Below are positions 63,929 to 63,978 of a DNA stretch of 63,978 bases, one piece after another. Numbering within the stretch: the first letter of the stretch is position 1; every line of letters starts with the position of its first letter. The notes under the pieces are model-generated. The model searched no databases, was not told where the DNA came from, and saw nothing but the letters and a program-made list of their open reading frames with translations. The position numbers and the translations under genes are program-made. Origin of the DNA: Octopus bimaculoides (taxonomy: Eukaryota); NCBI RefSeq assembly GCF_001194135.2, contig NC_068984.1:30477545-30541522 (forward strand). The letters are read 5' to 3'.

Positions 63929-63978
<50 letters not shown>

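Noticed and set aside
63760-63930. GC-richer element fragment with hairpins (CACCAAG/CTTGGTG) as an HDV-like ribozyme at a LINE 5' end
   Set aside because: I could not build a consistent P1/P1.1/P3 nested pseudoknot by eye; an RNArobo or Infernal HDV-like search is needed.

Overview
This is AT-rich, repeat-dense metazoan genomic DNA from a draft assembly with six N gaps. The repeat repertoire (tRNA-head SINEs with CA/TA microsatellites, RTE and R4/Dong LINEs, mariner/maT relics) suggests a coleoid cephalopod such as Octopus; that assignment is inferred from recognition, not from a search. I could not identify any complete host gene, RNA gene, operon or CRISPR array; a few small candidate exons are listed at low confidence. 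Solid features: (1) a CsRn1-lineage Gypsy LTR element (28281-31712) with a tRNA-Trp PBS, PPT, 4-bp TSD and an integrase C-terminus carrying a premature stop, nested in a SINE; (2) young and old RTE LINE copies; (3) R4/Dong-type LINE relics; (4) mariner and maT transposase relics; (5) several MITEs and about 25 SINE copies. The most interesting signal is a cluster of hammerhead-ribozyme (HHR) elements at 13-18.5 kb, with a related repeat group at 24-26 kb. Its centrepiece is a 716-bp non-coding insertion (14629-15344) bounded by an exact 12-bp TSD. It consists of two head-to-head, differently circularly permuted copies of a highly structured 351-nt monomer, each carrying a minimal type I HHR. 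Nearby are a second, different minimal HHR (13367-13410, minus) and a Penelope-like GIY-YIG endonuclease relic. Together these resemble a retrozyme/Penelope-dependent circular-RNA retroelement system. All alignments and counts were done by eye and should be recomputed.
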